A stretch of DNA of 64,000 nt, taken from Bacteroidota bacterium (GTDB lineage Bacteria > Bacteroidota > Bacteroidia > Bacteroidales > F082). Below the pieces are notes generated by a model. That model saw nothing but the letters and a program-made list of their open reading frames with translations. It was not told the origin of the DNA and did no database searches. Below are positions 55,907 through 64,000 of the stretch, one piece after another (position 1 is the stretch's first letter; the number at the start of each line of letters is the position of its first letter). The position numbers and the translations under genes were made by a program. The stretch lies in contig WOUZ01000016.1 of assembly GCA_009773165.1 (NCBI GenBank), positions 14,884 through 78,883 of the forward strand, given 5' to 3'.

Positions 55907-58739
55907 TCAATTCTTGTTCAATAGGTTTAGGCACATAGCCATCGAATCCAAATTTCAGAATCATTTCCTTATCACCCTTCATCGCCCTTGCCGTAACAGC
56001 AATTATGGGTGTATGAGCAATATCCTTACTAGCTCTGATACGCCTTAGCACCTCAAACCCGTCAATATCGGGCAGTGAAATGTCTAACAATATCACAGCA
56101 GGATTAAATTTCACAGCCTTTTGAAAACCTGACAATCCATCTTCTGCAGTAATAATGGAATACTTATCACCTAATAATGCTTTGACAGTCATACTGTTAT
56201 CCAGATTATCTTCGATTAACAAGATTGTTGTCTCTCCTGCCTTTTTAATCAAAGGAGATTCCACAACCGTTCGCGGGTGAAGTGGCATAGAAGTAAACAT
56301 ACCCTCAATCTTCGACAGCAGATCTGCTCGGTTCAGCTCTCCTTTTTGAACTAACTGACTGATATGATTTCCTTTAAGAGAACTCAACTCATCTTTTGTA
56401 ATATGTTTAGCAGAGAGAATCAGTACAGGAATTATAAAATCATATGACTTCCTTATCTCTGCAAGGACCTGAAATCCATCCATACCAGGCATCATTAGGT
56501 CGAGAATGATAGCATCCGGCACTTTTAAATTAATCTGCTCCATTGCCTCGAAGCCATTAGCGGCAACCATAACCTGGTAACCCGCATCTAAAATCATTTC
56601 TTTAAGTTGAATAATTTGCGGCTCACTATCTTCTACAATCAGGATTGTACGTTCAGCTTTCCTGATTGTGGATTCCTGAACCAATTCATCCGATTTGTGA
56701 ATGAAGCCTTCGTAACGCACATTATCCTGGATGTTTTCTTGTGCTATTGGCAGATAAAGTATAAAAGTTGAACCCTCACCCGGCAGTGAAGTCACCTCAA
56801 TAGTACCATTACATAACTCGCTGTACTTTTTTGCTATAGATAACCCAAGACCTGAACCTCCATATCGCCTTGAAGTTTTTTCATCAGCCTGTCGAAACTC
56901 ATCGAAAATTAAAGCTAGTTTATCTTCTTCAATACCGATACCTGTATCTTTAACACGAATGCCAATCCGCTCATTGTTTGTAAAGGCTGAAATTTCAACC
57001 ATTCCCTCATGAGTGAATTTCACTGCATTGGCCATGAGGTTCTGAAGAATATGCCGCACCTTATCACGGTCGGATGTAATCATCGGGAAATCAGCGGGAA
57101 TTAGGTTTAAAATTGAAACCTCTTTATCATTTGACGATGGTTGAATGACGGATACCAGCTCATTAACTAACTCATAAACCGAGAATTTACTCAGGTTCAT
57201 TTCTTCCTTACCTGCCTCTATGCGTGAGAGATCTAAAATCTCATTGATTAAATTGAGTAAGTTTTTTCCATTCTTGCCAATAACTTCCAGGTAACTGTAT
57301 TCATCCTCTCCTATTTTCTGTTTAAGTTTCCTGCTCAAAACACCCGATAAGGCAATCACTGAATTCAAGGGTGTCCTAAGTTCGTGGCTCATATTCGACA
57401 AAAAGCTACTTTTCAGCTTATTAGCTTCGTCTAACTGTTTTTTCTGCATCTCCAGCTCGGTATTTTGTTCTGACAGTTCGGCTGAAAGAGAGCTCAATTC
57501 GTTCTTCTGAACTTCAAGTTCCTTATTTGCTGACTGCAGGTAAACCGAACGCTGCTCAATCTCTTCGTAAAGTTTTTTTTGTTCTTGTTCGGCAATTTTC
57601 TTCTCTGTTATATCTCTTGCTGCAGCAAATACTCCAACAACCTGTTTGTTTTCATCATGGTAAACAGAGGCATTGTAAGTTACAGCTGTTGTTTTACCGT
57701 CTTTATGTTTGAGCTCCAGTTCGTAATCGCGCACAAAACCCTCTCTGAAAACCTGAAGATATCCTTTTTGAGCACTTTCGGAATCAGAAAAATAATTCGA
57801 AAAGTCAGTTCCTATCAGTTCTTCGCGGCTAAAGCCAGTTATTTCCTCGGTTGATTTGTTCACATCGGTTATCTTCCCATCAGGACCTATCGTTACAAGG
57901 GGATCGATGCTTGCTTCAATGAGCCCTCGGTTATAGGCTGCTGACTTATCTAATAATGCTTTTTGTTGCTCCAGCGAACTGTTGATAACTTCAAGTTTTT
58001 CGCTGAACTCCACTATGCGGGCTTTGCTCAAAACACTTGATGCCCTGGCACTTAGCAGATCCTTAATGTTATTAATCAAGCTGATTGCCAGAGGGGCAAA
58101 AGGAGACACCTTAGCCAGCGATAAAACGCCAAGCAAACCATCCTGCATCACAATAGGAATTGTAATTATTTCCTGAGGATGATAGGTTTGGCTGGAAGTT
58201 TGAAAGTCAAAACCGGAGATATGATTCAAATCTTTAAAATGGTGAATGCTTTGATCCAAAAGTGATAGTCCAAACTCGCCTTCAAAATTCTCAATACTAA
58301 ACCGTTCTCTAAGTTCGCTTCCTGTCCCTATTGATTCAAACAATTTGAGATGTAACTTATCTTCCTCAACCAGATAAACGGCAGCTACCTGAGCATCTGT
58401 GAGTTCAAGGATTTTTGCGGTTGTTACCCTGAAAAAACTATGAGCTTCTTCTTCCTTTGACATAAGATCGGAAAGCGTATTCACGGAGGCGTTAAGCAAC
58501 AAACTCTCTTCAATATTTGAAGCAAGTTTGTTAAAAGAATCTGCAAGCATACCAATCTCATCTCTCTGTTTAATATCCGAACGGGACTTAAGATCGCCCG
58601 ACTTAAATTTTTCAGTAACCGAAATCAGATTAAGAATTGGTACACGGATGCTTTTGCTAAGGGAAATATAGATATATATAATTAGTATTAAGGCTGCCAG
58701 CACAAAAAACAACAGCTGATAGTTTAGGTTCTTACTCAA
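55869..58739 (-). CDS. TM - HAMP - GAF - PAS - HisKA - HATPase - REC - REC hybrid histidine kinase (downstream part of an interrupted reading frame)
   Basis: 956-aa ORF starting at TTG 58739. TM LLFFVLAALILIIYIYISL, HAMP-like segment. H-box NMSHELRTPLNS. DTGIGI and GSGLGLSI. Two receivers (ILIVEDS...DLMMPGMDG; ILLIEDN...LDISLPDIDG). In frame with 58749-59291. Confidence 0.85.
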   Translation of the reverse strand: MSKNLNYQLLFFVLAALILIIYIYISLSKSIRVPILNLISVTEKFKSGDLKSRSDIKQRDEIGMLADSFNKLASNIEESLLLNASVNTLSDLMSKEEEAHSFFRVTTAKILELTDAQVAAVYLVEEDKLHLKLFESIGTGSELRERFSIENFEGEFGLSLLDQSIHHFKDLNHISGFDFQTSSQTYHPQEIITIPIVMQDGLLGVLSLAKVSPFAPLAISLINNIKDLLSARASSVLSKARIVEFSEKLEVINSSLEQQKALLDKSAAYNRGLIEASIDPLVTIGPDGKITDVNKSTEEITGFSREELIGTDFSNYFSDSESAQKGYLQVFREGFVRDYELELKHKDGKTTAVTYNASVYHDENKQVVGVFAAARDITEKKIAEQEQKKLYEEIEQRSVYLQSANKELEVQKNELSSLSAELSEQNTELEMQKKQLDEANKLKSSFLSNMSHELRTPLNSVIALSGVLSRKLKQKIGEDEYSYLEVIGKNGKNLLNLINEILDLSRIEAGKEEMNLSKFSVYELVNELVSVIQPSSNDKEVSILNLIPADFPMITSDRDKVRHILQNLMANAVKFTHEGMVEISAFTNNERIGIRVKDTGIGIEEDKLALIFDEFRQADEKTSRRYGGSGLGLSIAKKYSELCNGTIEVTSLPGEGSTFILYLPIAQENIQDNVRYEGFIHKSDELVQESTIRKAERTILIVEDSEPQIIQLKEMILDAGYQVMVAANGFEAMEQINLKVPDAIILDLMMPGMDGFQVLAEIRKSYDFIIPVLILSAKHITKDELSSLKGNHISQLVQKGELNRADLLSKIEGMFTSMPLHPRTVVESPLIKKAGETTILLIEDNLDNSMTVKALLGDKYSIITAEDGLSGFQKAVKFNPAVILLDISLPDIDGFEVLRRIRASKDIAHTPIIAVTARAMKGDKEMILKFGFDGYVPKPIEQELIEQTINNVLYGK

Positions 58740-58748
58740 GCTTTGTGA

Positions 58749-58751
58749 TTA
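58749..58751 (-). other. single in-frame TAA separating the sensor domain ORF from the kinase ORF
   Basis: Minus strand reads ...GCA GAT AAC TTT TTT ATT TAA TCA CAA AGC TTG AGT AAG AAC..., which translates ADNFFI*SQSLSKN. 59291 and 58739 are in the same frame (difference 552 nt). Confidence 0.9.
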
Positions 58752-59291
58752 AATAAAAAAGTTATCTGCTTTAGCCGTTGCATACTGATCGATAACGCGA
58801 ATATGATTCATCAATACCACTACCTCAGAGCCAGCAATTCCTGTTGACTTTGTGCGTTGGGCAGCCTCTTTTATCTGACCAAGTCTCAAAAGACGGATTG
58901 TTTCCTCACGCATTGAATTCCAATGCACGAATGAAATCTCTATGCTATCAATATCATCTTTAGGACCAAGGTATTTCAGATAAAGCAAATCGATAAGCCG
59001 CTGTGTTTGTTCTTTATATTGCTCAAGATTCATCAAAGTTTGTTGCAGTTCGGCTTCATCCAACGCAATAAAAAGATCCTTCATATCACGGTGCATTAGA
59101 TTAACATTGGACTTAACTTCACCGATAATTCGTCGCACCTGAAAGGGGTGATTATAAAGATAGGTAGTTTGCTCATGCATATCATTTGTCTGATGCCATG
59201 AAAAAACACCCATGATTAGCATCAAAACAAAAATTATAGCAAAGCCAAGCTTCAGTTTCGTTTCAATTTTAAGGTTTGTAAATAGTGTCAT
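58749..59291 (-). CDS. TM + four-helix-bundle (4HB_MCP-like) periplasmic sensor domain ORF (upstream part of the interrupted kinase gene)
   Basis: 180-aa ORF. N-terminus KLKLGFAIIFVLMLIMGVFSW followed by about 150 aa that look helical, as in MCP/HK 4HB sensor domains. It lacks the second TM, which is supplied by the next ORF. Confidence 0.7.
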   Translation of the reverse strand: MTLFTNLKIETKLKLGFAIIFVLMLIMGVFSWHQTNDMHEQTTYLYNHPFQVRRIIGEVKSNVNLMHRDMKDLFIALDEAELQQTLMNLEQYKEQTQRLIDLLYLKYLGPKDDIDSIEISFVHWNSMREETIRLLRLGQIKEAAQRTKSTGIAGSEVVVLMNHIRVIDQYATAKADNFFI

Positions 59292-59344
59292 GTGAAATAT
59301 GAATTATATTTAGATACTTTGATCGTTTTGTGACATGTATTTCT

Positions 59345-60169
59345 TTATTTCATCCGGTAAACTGCTGATTGAGGGTATTTCTCCACAAAACCATTTTTTG
59401 CTACAATAGCACGTTCCGTTTCGCCGGAGACAAAACACCCGTTGGGAAGCAGTACATTTCGCAACTTTTTTAAGATTTTTTGTTGGTAATCAGGTGCATA
59501 ATAAAAAAGCAGATTTGCACAAATAACAAGATTAAACTCACCATAGACGCTCTCCTGAGGAAAATATAACTTTTCATCAAGCAGATCAAAAGTTGAAAAG
59601 ATTATGTGGTTCTGCAAGGACGACTTGATACGATAACCATGCTTTTCGTGAGTAAACCATGTTTCGATACGCTTTAGCGTGGTATTTCCCAAAGCGGCAT
59701 TTGTAAAAAGTCCCGCTTTCGCCAGCTTAATCTGAGTTTCGGAGTGATCGCTTGCAAAAATGCGATAGGTGAAATCAATATTGCTGTTTAATTTTAATTC
59801 TTCCAACAAAATTGCCAAACTATAAACCTCCTGACCGGAGGCACAAGCTGTTGACCAAATACGTAGTTCCTTCATTTTGTTGCTACGCAGGTCTATCAAA
59901 AAACCTGGCAATGAGATATTTTCTAAAACACTAAAGGTAAGCGAATTACGAAAGAACAAACTATGCGAATTAGAAACCATTTCAAATAATGCTGCTTTTT
60001 CCTGCTCTGAGGTAATAAGTATAGAAAGATAGTCTTCAAAATCGCTTATGGCCAGACTGTTCATTCTCAGCCTGATTGTCCTTTCAAGGAAGGCACCATC
60101 AAACAGCTGAAATTCAGCAGGTAACTTAAAAACATCGAACGGCCTTAATGGTTGATTTTTATGTTCCAA
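59345..60169 (-). CDS. cheR: stand-alone CheR-type protein-glutamate O-methyltransferase
   Basis: 274-aa ORF. N-terminal helical CheR domain (SLFFRN). SAM-binding RIWSTACASGQEVYSLAILL. VICANLLFYY. Confidence 0.85.
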   Translation of the reverse strand: MEHKNQPLRPFDVFKLPAEFQLFDGAFLERTIRLRMNSLAISDFEDYLSILITSEQEKAALFEMVSNSHSLFFRNSLTFSVLENISLPGFLIDLRSNKMKELRIWSTACASGQEVYSLAILLEELKLNSNIDFTYRIFASDHSETQIKLAKAGLFTNAALGNTTLKRIETWFTHEKHGYRIKSSLQNHIIFSTFDLLDEKLYFPQESVYGEFNLVICANLLFYYAPDYQQKILKKLRNVLLPNGCFVSGETERAIVAKNGFVEKYPQSAVYRMK

Positions 60170-60212
60170 AATTCAATTTTTGAGATGTTTAATCTTACTT
60201 TTCAGACTCTGT

Positions 60213-63200
60213 TTATTTTATGACTTTATATTTTTCTGTCAAACCAAGTTGTTGATGCAGGGCATTGATTTCTTCCTTTAACTCAATCATTTTCATCTCC
60301 CTGCCAACAGTAAGTTTGTTGAAGCGTTCCAAATCTTCTATCTTTTGTTTGAGATCGCGTTCGGCGTTTTTACGTTCGGTGATATCTTTGCAAACACATA
60401 CCACATACCAACTGTCAGCATAACTAAATCCTTTAGCGTTTACTTCAACATCATATGTGCTGCGGTTTTTTCTGACATGTACCGTATCAAAAACAGCGTC
60501 CACAGCTCCCATATTACCAAATCCCTTTCGTATATCTTCTTCTTTCATATGATATTCAAAATCCCAGGTATGCAATTCTTTTATTTCTTCTTCATTATAC
60601 CCAAGCATCTGACAGAAACGTTCATTGGCTTCATGCACTTTATGATCACCACTAAAAAGAACAATACCATCATTCGATACACTGAAGAGCAAATTCTTAA
60701 GACGTGTTCCTTCTTCCACATCTTTTTCGGCTTTCTTCCTTTCGGTGATATCCCTTACTAAACCCACTGCCATCCAATTTCCTTTGTGGTTAAGGGCTGA
60801 TAATCCGAGTTCGATAGGTACATTATGTCCCGACTGATGGATACCTTCTAATTCCAAAGTTTTACCAATAGCAGCTCCTTCACCAGAGACTACAAAATGT
60901 TCAAATGCATTTTTATGTTCCTGGTGGTATTGTTGAGGGGCAAGCACAGTATGTAAATGTACACCCATGATTTCCTCCTCCTTATATCCAAATATTTTCT
61001 CAGCCGACTTATTCCAAAAAACAACCATTCCATGATCATCAATCATGATGATACCATCCTGAGCAGCATCGGTAATTGCCTGAAGGCGTTGAGCAATTTC
61101 CTTATTTTCGTCTTCTGCACGTTTTTTATCAGTAATATCAATTGATGAACCAACAATGAAATTTACAATCCCATCTTCTTCTATAGGCATAAGTGTTGTG
61201 TACCACAAGCGCTCAACTCCATTTAGCAGAAGCAGTTCCTCATAACTAATGATTCTGTTTTCATCTATACATTTACGGTAGTTTTTCTCAATAACTGATC
61301 CCATTTTCTCACCTGCCAGCTCAACAGGTGTTTTTCGCTGAATCATTTCCTGAGTTATACCTGTAAGATTTTGATGTGTTAAGTTATTTCGAAGGTAACG
61401 CAACTCGTTTTCCGCAGTAACCTCAAGTAAAAACAAGGAATCCTGTGTTGCATGAAACACCCTTTCGAAATCTTCTTTCAGACGATTGATTTCAATTTCT
61501 GATTTGCGCTGTTCTGTCACCTCTTTGGCAAAATTCAAGATAGCCGGTTGTCCTTCCCACTCAATCGGCACAGCTGAAACTTCAAAGTAATGAAGGTCAT
61601 TTTCTTCAACAAAACTTCGTATCAACATATTTTTTTGAACAATGCCTTTATCCAAAGAGGTATAAAATAGTTTCATCTTCTTTTTGTCGTCAGGATGAAT
61701 ATTTCCTAAAAAATATTCAGGCAACACTTTACCTGGTGCTAAGCCATGCAACTCATACAAGCGGGGATTCGCAAAAACAACTTTTTTATTATACGTTACG
61801 GCAATGATATCGCTTGTGCTTTCAAACAAAACTTTGTATTGCTCTGCTGATTTACTGATCTGCCTTTCAGCCATTTTGCGTGCAATAAACGATGAGGCCA
61901 TTGACCCAAAAACCTTTAACTCGTCATAAAGTTCAATATCTGTTCTGTCTTTAAAACATAGAACGAGTGACCCTTGTAACTTTGATTGGTCAAATAATGG
62001 GATTGCAATAAACCAATTTATCTTCAATAGTTTTTGCAATGCTTTAGCTTCAATTAACGACATGGTTCCAAACGTTACCTCTTCAAGCGAATCTGTAATA
62101 TCAAATTCACGAGCATTGCAAATTTCCTGATATTGGGCCTCATTGATGTTAATCTTTAATTTTGTTATCAAGGCATTAATCGTCTTTTCAAGTCTTGGAC
62201 GATTTCTCAATAAGGAGGAAGAGATAGCCTTAGGTTGAAAAATTAACGAAGGCACATCAAACGAACTAGCAATTACTGCATTGGTTTCAAAAATTTCTTC
62301 AATCTTATGTGCGATGAATTTATAGGAATCCTCTAAAGAGACTTTTTCCATTTCAATTGCAAAGGCATTCATTTGCGATAAAACCCGATTGCGCACCTCA
62401 CTGAGCTGCTCCTCCTTTTTTCTGCGTGTGATATCGATATTAACTCCGTTAAGCCGGATTAATTTATCTTCATCAAAAATGGGCCTGGTGATACTTCGAA
62501 GCCATTTTGCAGTTTGGTCCGGCATAATGAATCTGAAATCGTAGCTGACCTGGGTCCGTTGTGTCAACATTTCATTTTCCTTATCTTTGAATAACTGCAT
62601 GTCGTCAGGATGTACCCTTTCTAAAAAGTAATCTAAGGAAGGCTCTATTTCATGGTGTTTAAGTCCAATTATTTGATAGTAATTATCCGACCAAAACAGC
62701 TGCCCGTTTTGCAGATTCCATTCCCAACTACCTATCCCTGCAATTTGTTGAGCAAATCGCAGCGACTCTTCACTTTTCAGCAGATTCTCGCCTGCATGCT
62801 TTGACTCTGTGATATCTACACCATAAATGGCAAAACCAGTAACCTGATCTTCTTGTATAACAGGATATATATGATTATTAATCCAGCGACCTAATCGGAA
62901 ATCTTCGAAAACGATAGTTTGCTTTGTTTCTATCACTTTATTAAGCTTCTCCCTGCGGAAAATTGCTGTTTCTAACGGAATCAAATCAAAGACATTTAGT
63001 CCAATAATTTCATCCTGCTTTCTACCCAGACGCTCGGCCGTTACTTTATTAGCAGCGAGCAGGGTCCCTTCAACATCCATTAGGAAGACTGATTCGGTGG
63101 CGGCTTCCATCAATGCTTTTAGGTGCGATTCACTCTTGTTTAATTCATCCTGTGCATTAACACGTGCTGTCACATCATGATTCACTCCACGATAACCTGA

Positions 63201-64000
63201 ATAAGTTCCATTTTTATCGTAATTTGGATAGCCTGTAGAGCTTACGATAATGATGCGGCCATCTTTATCCACAATTTTATTGATAACGTCCTTGAATGAC
63301 TCCTCCCGGGCAAAAAATTGCAGCGCATCTTGTTTAAAATACTCTCTGTTTTCTTCCGGATGAAGATCGTAAAAGTGAAGCTTACCAACCAGTTCCTCAG
63401 GCTTATATCCTGACATTAGAAAACTCACAGGACTAACATAGGTAAAGAGACCGTTTTTATCTGTTTCCCAAACCACAGCCTGACTTTCTTCAATGACCTT
63501 TCTGAAACGGTTTTCACTTTCTATCAAATATTTTTCCAATTGTTTTCGCTCAGATATATCGCGCGCTGTTCCTGTAAACCCGATAATAACTTGTTCTTCA
63601 GAACGCAGCGCCCTTACCCTTGCTTCAACATCAACAAGATGGCCATCTTTATGAATCATTTGGTACTCAAAAGTAATGACTGATTCACTGCCTATCTCTT
63701 TTTTGAGTTCCTGATCAAAATGATCTTCAACCAGTTTCCTGACCTTAAGCTGAGAGTCGGGGGTTAGAAAATCCATAAATGACTTTGACTTATTGGTCTC
63801 AGCATCAACGCCAATCAACTTTTCAATGGATGGACTTATGTAAGTAGTTTTCAAATCCAGATCCACAACAAAAATAACATCGGCGCTGTTCTCAGCCAAA
63901 AGCCGGTATAGTTTTTCACTTTGATATAGTTTATTCGAAATTGCTTTTTTCTCGGTCACATCTTCGACAATAGTCGCAAATAAACCATATTCGGGTGAGT
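60213..64000 (-). CDS. multi-PAS domain protein without recognisable output domain, 5'-partial (runs off the window)
   Basis: At least 1262 codons remain open. The ORF-track start at 63959 is a GTG, and the frame stays open upstream to the window edge (...SPEYGLFATIVEDVTEKK). At least 8 PAS-like repeats, each ending in D(I/V)TERK-type linkers. Ends in a ~45-aa coiled coil (LERFNKLTVGREMKMIELKEEINALHQQLG). Confidence 0.85.
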   Translation of the reverse strand, partial: SPEYGLFATIVEDVTEKKAISNKLYQSEKLYRLLAENSADVIFVVDLDLKTTYISPSIEKLIGVDAETNKSKSFMDFLTPDSQLKVRKLVEDHFDQELKKEIGSESVITFEYQMIHKDGHLVDVEARVRALRSEEQVIIGFTGTARDISERKQLEKYLIESENRFRKVIEESQAVVWETDKNGLFTYVSPVSFLMSGYKPEELVGKLHFYDLHPEENREYFKQDALQFFAREESFKDVINKIVDKDGRIIIVSSTGYPNYDKNGTYSGYRGVNHDVTARVNAQDELNKSESHLKALMEAATESVFLMDVEGTLLAANKVTAERLGRKQDEIIGLNVFDLIPLETAIFRREKLNKVIETKQTIVFEDFRLGRWINNHIYPVIQEDQVTGFAIYGVDITESKHAGENLLKSEESLRFAQQIAGIGSWEWNLQNGQLFWSDNYYQIIGLKHHEIEPSLDYFLERVHPDDMQLFKDKENEMLTQRTQVSYDFRFIMPDQTAKWLRSITRPIFDEDKLIRLNGVNIDITRRKKEEQLSEVRNRVLSQMNAFAIEMEKVSLEDSYKFIAHKIEEIFETNAVIASSFDVPSLIFQPKAISSSLLRNRPRLEKTINALITKLKININEAQYQEICNAREFDITDSLEEVTFGTMSLIEAKALQKLLKINWFIAIPLFDQSKLQGSLVLCFKDRTDIELYDELKVFGSMASSFIARKMAERQISKSAEQYKVLFESTSDIIAVTYNKKVVFANPRLYELHGLAPGKVLPEYFLGNIHPDDKKKMKLFYTSLDKGIVQKNMLIRSFVEENDLHYFEVSAVPIEWEGQPAILNFAKEVTEQRKSEIEINRLKEDFERVFHATQDSLFLLEVTAENELRYLRNNLTHQNLTGITQEMIQRKTPVELAGEKMGSVIEKNYRKCIDENRIISYEELLLLNGVERLWYTTLMPIEEDGIVNFIVGSSIDITDKKRAEDENKEIAQRLQAITDAAQDGIIMIDDHGMVVFWNKSAEKIFGYKEEEIMGVHLHTVLAPQQYHQEHKNAFEHFVVSGEGAAIGKTLELEGIHQSGHNVPIELGLSALNHKGNWMAVGLVRDITERKKAEKDVEEGTRLKNLLFSVSNDGIVLFSGDHKVHEANERFCQMLGYNEEEIKELHTWDFEYHMKEEDIRKGFGNMGAVDAVFDTVHVRKNRSTYDVEVNAKGFSYADSWYVVCVCKDITERKNAERDLKQKIEDLERFNKLTVGREMKMIELKEEINALHQQLGLTEKYKVIK

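Noticed and set aside
58749-58751. Stop-codon reassignment (TAA read as sense) as the explanation for the in-frame stop
   Set aside because: TAA terminates other well-delimited genes in the window, including the ORF at 2-2617 and the kinase gene ending at 52673. A genome-wide reassignment is therefore not supported. A local nonsense mutation, a sequencing error or readthrough remain possible.

Overview
This 64-kb chromosomal window looks like a Bacteroidota genome. Support: T9SS C-terminal sorting domains, FISUMP- and DUF1573-type proteins, a SusC-like TonB-dependent receptor, and TAnnTTTG -7 promoter boxes in front of both tRNAs and several genes. All domain calls come from motif recognition by eye; no database search was possible.

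Content:
- About 40 convincing CDSs.
- 2 tRNAs: one with a CAU anticodon and tRNA-Arg(ACG).
- Several rho-independent terminators.
- Several short interspersed repeat families.
- No rRNA, CRISPR array, IS element or prophage was recognised.

Functional blocks:
1. A CheB/CheR-PAS fusion gene (2-2617).
2. An operonic pair of an HATPase+GNAT fusion and an HDAC-family deacetylase (3059-5616).
3. A rearranged accessory patch (5.9-10.5 kb). It holds a tandemly duplicated two-gene module of unknown function, a FISUMP lipoprotein gene, three copies of one 45-nt leader, and two decayed copies of the 5' end of the neighbouring SCFA-transporter gene.
4. Redox and lipid genes, including a glutathione-peroxidase/DoxX fusion with an OhrR-like MarR.
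5. Housekeeping genes: xerD, a LolE-like permease, an aminotransferase, rarA, ppk2, rlmD and SOD.
6. The classical alpha-2-macroglobulin/PBP1C pair.
7. A TonB receptor operon.
8. A large PAS/histidine-kinase cluster with an embedded stand-alone CheR (52.7-64 kb). Its sensor kinase reading frame is interrupted by a single in-frame TAA.

The most novel-looking item is the duplicated, family-less two-gene module and its Cys-containing variable C-terminal tail. Its function is unknown and my interpretation of it is speculative.
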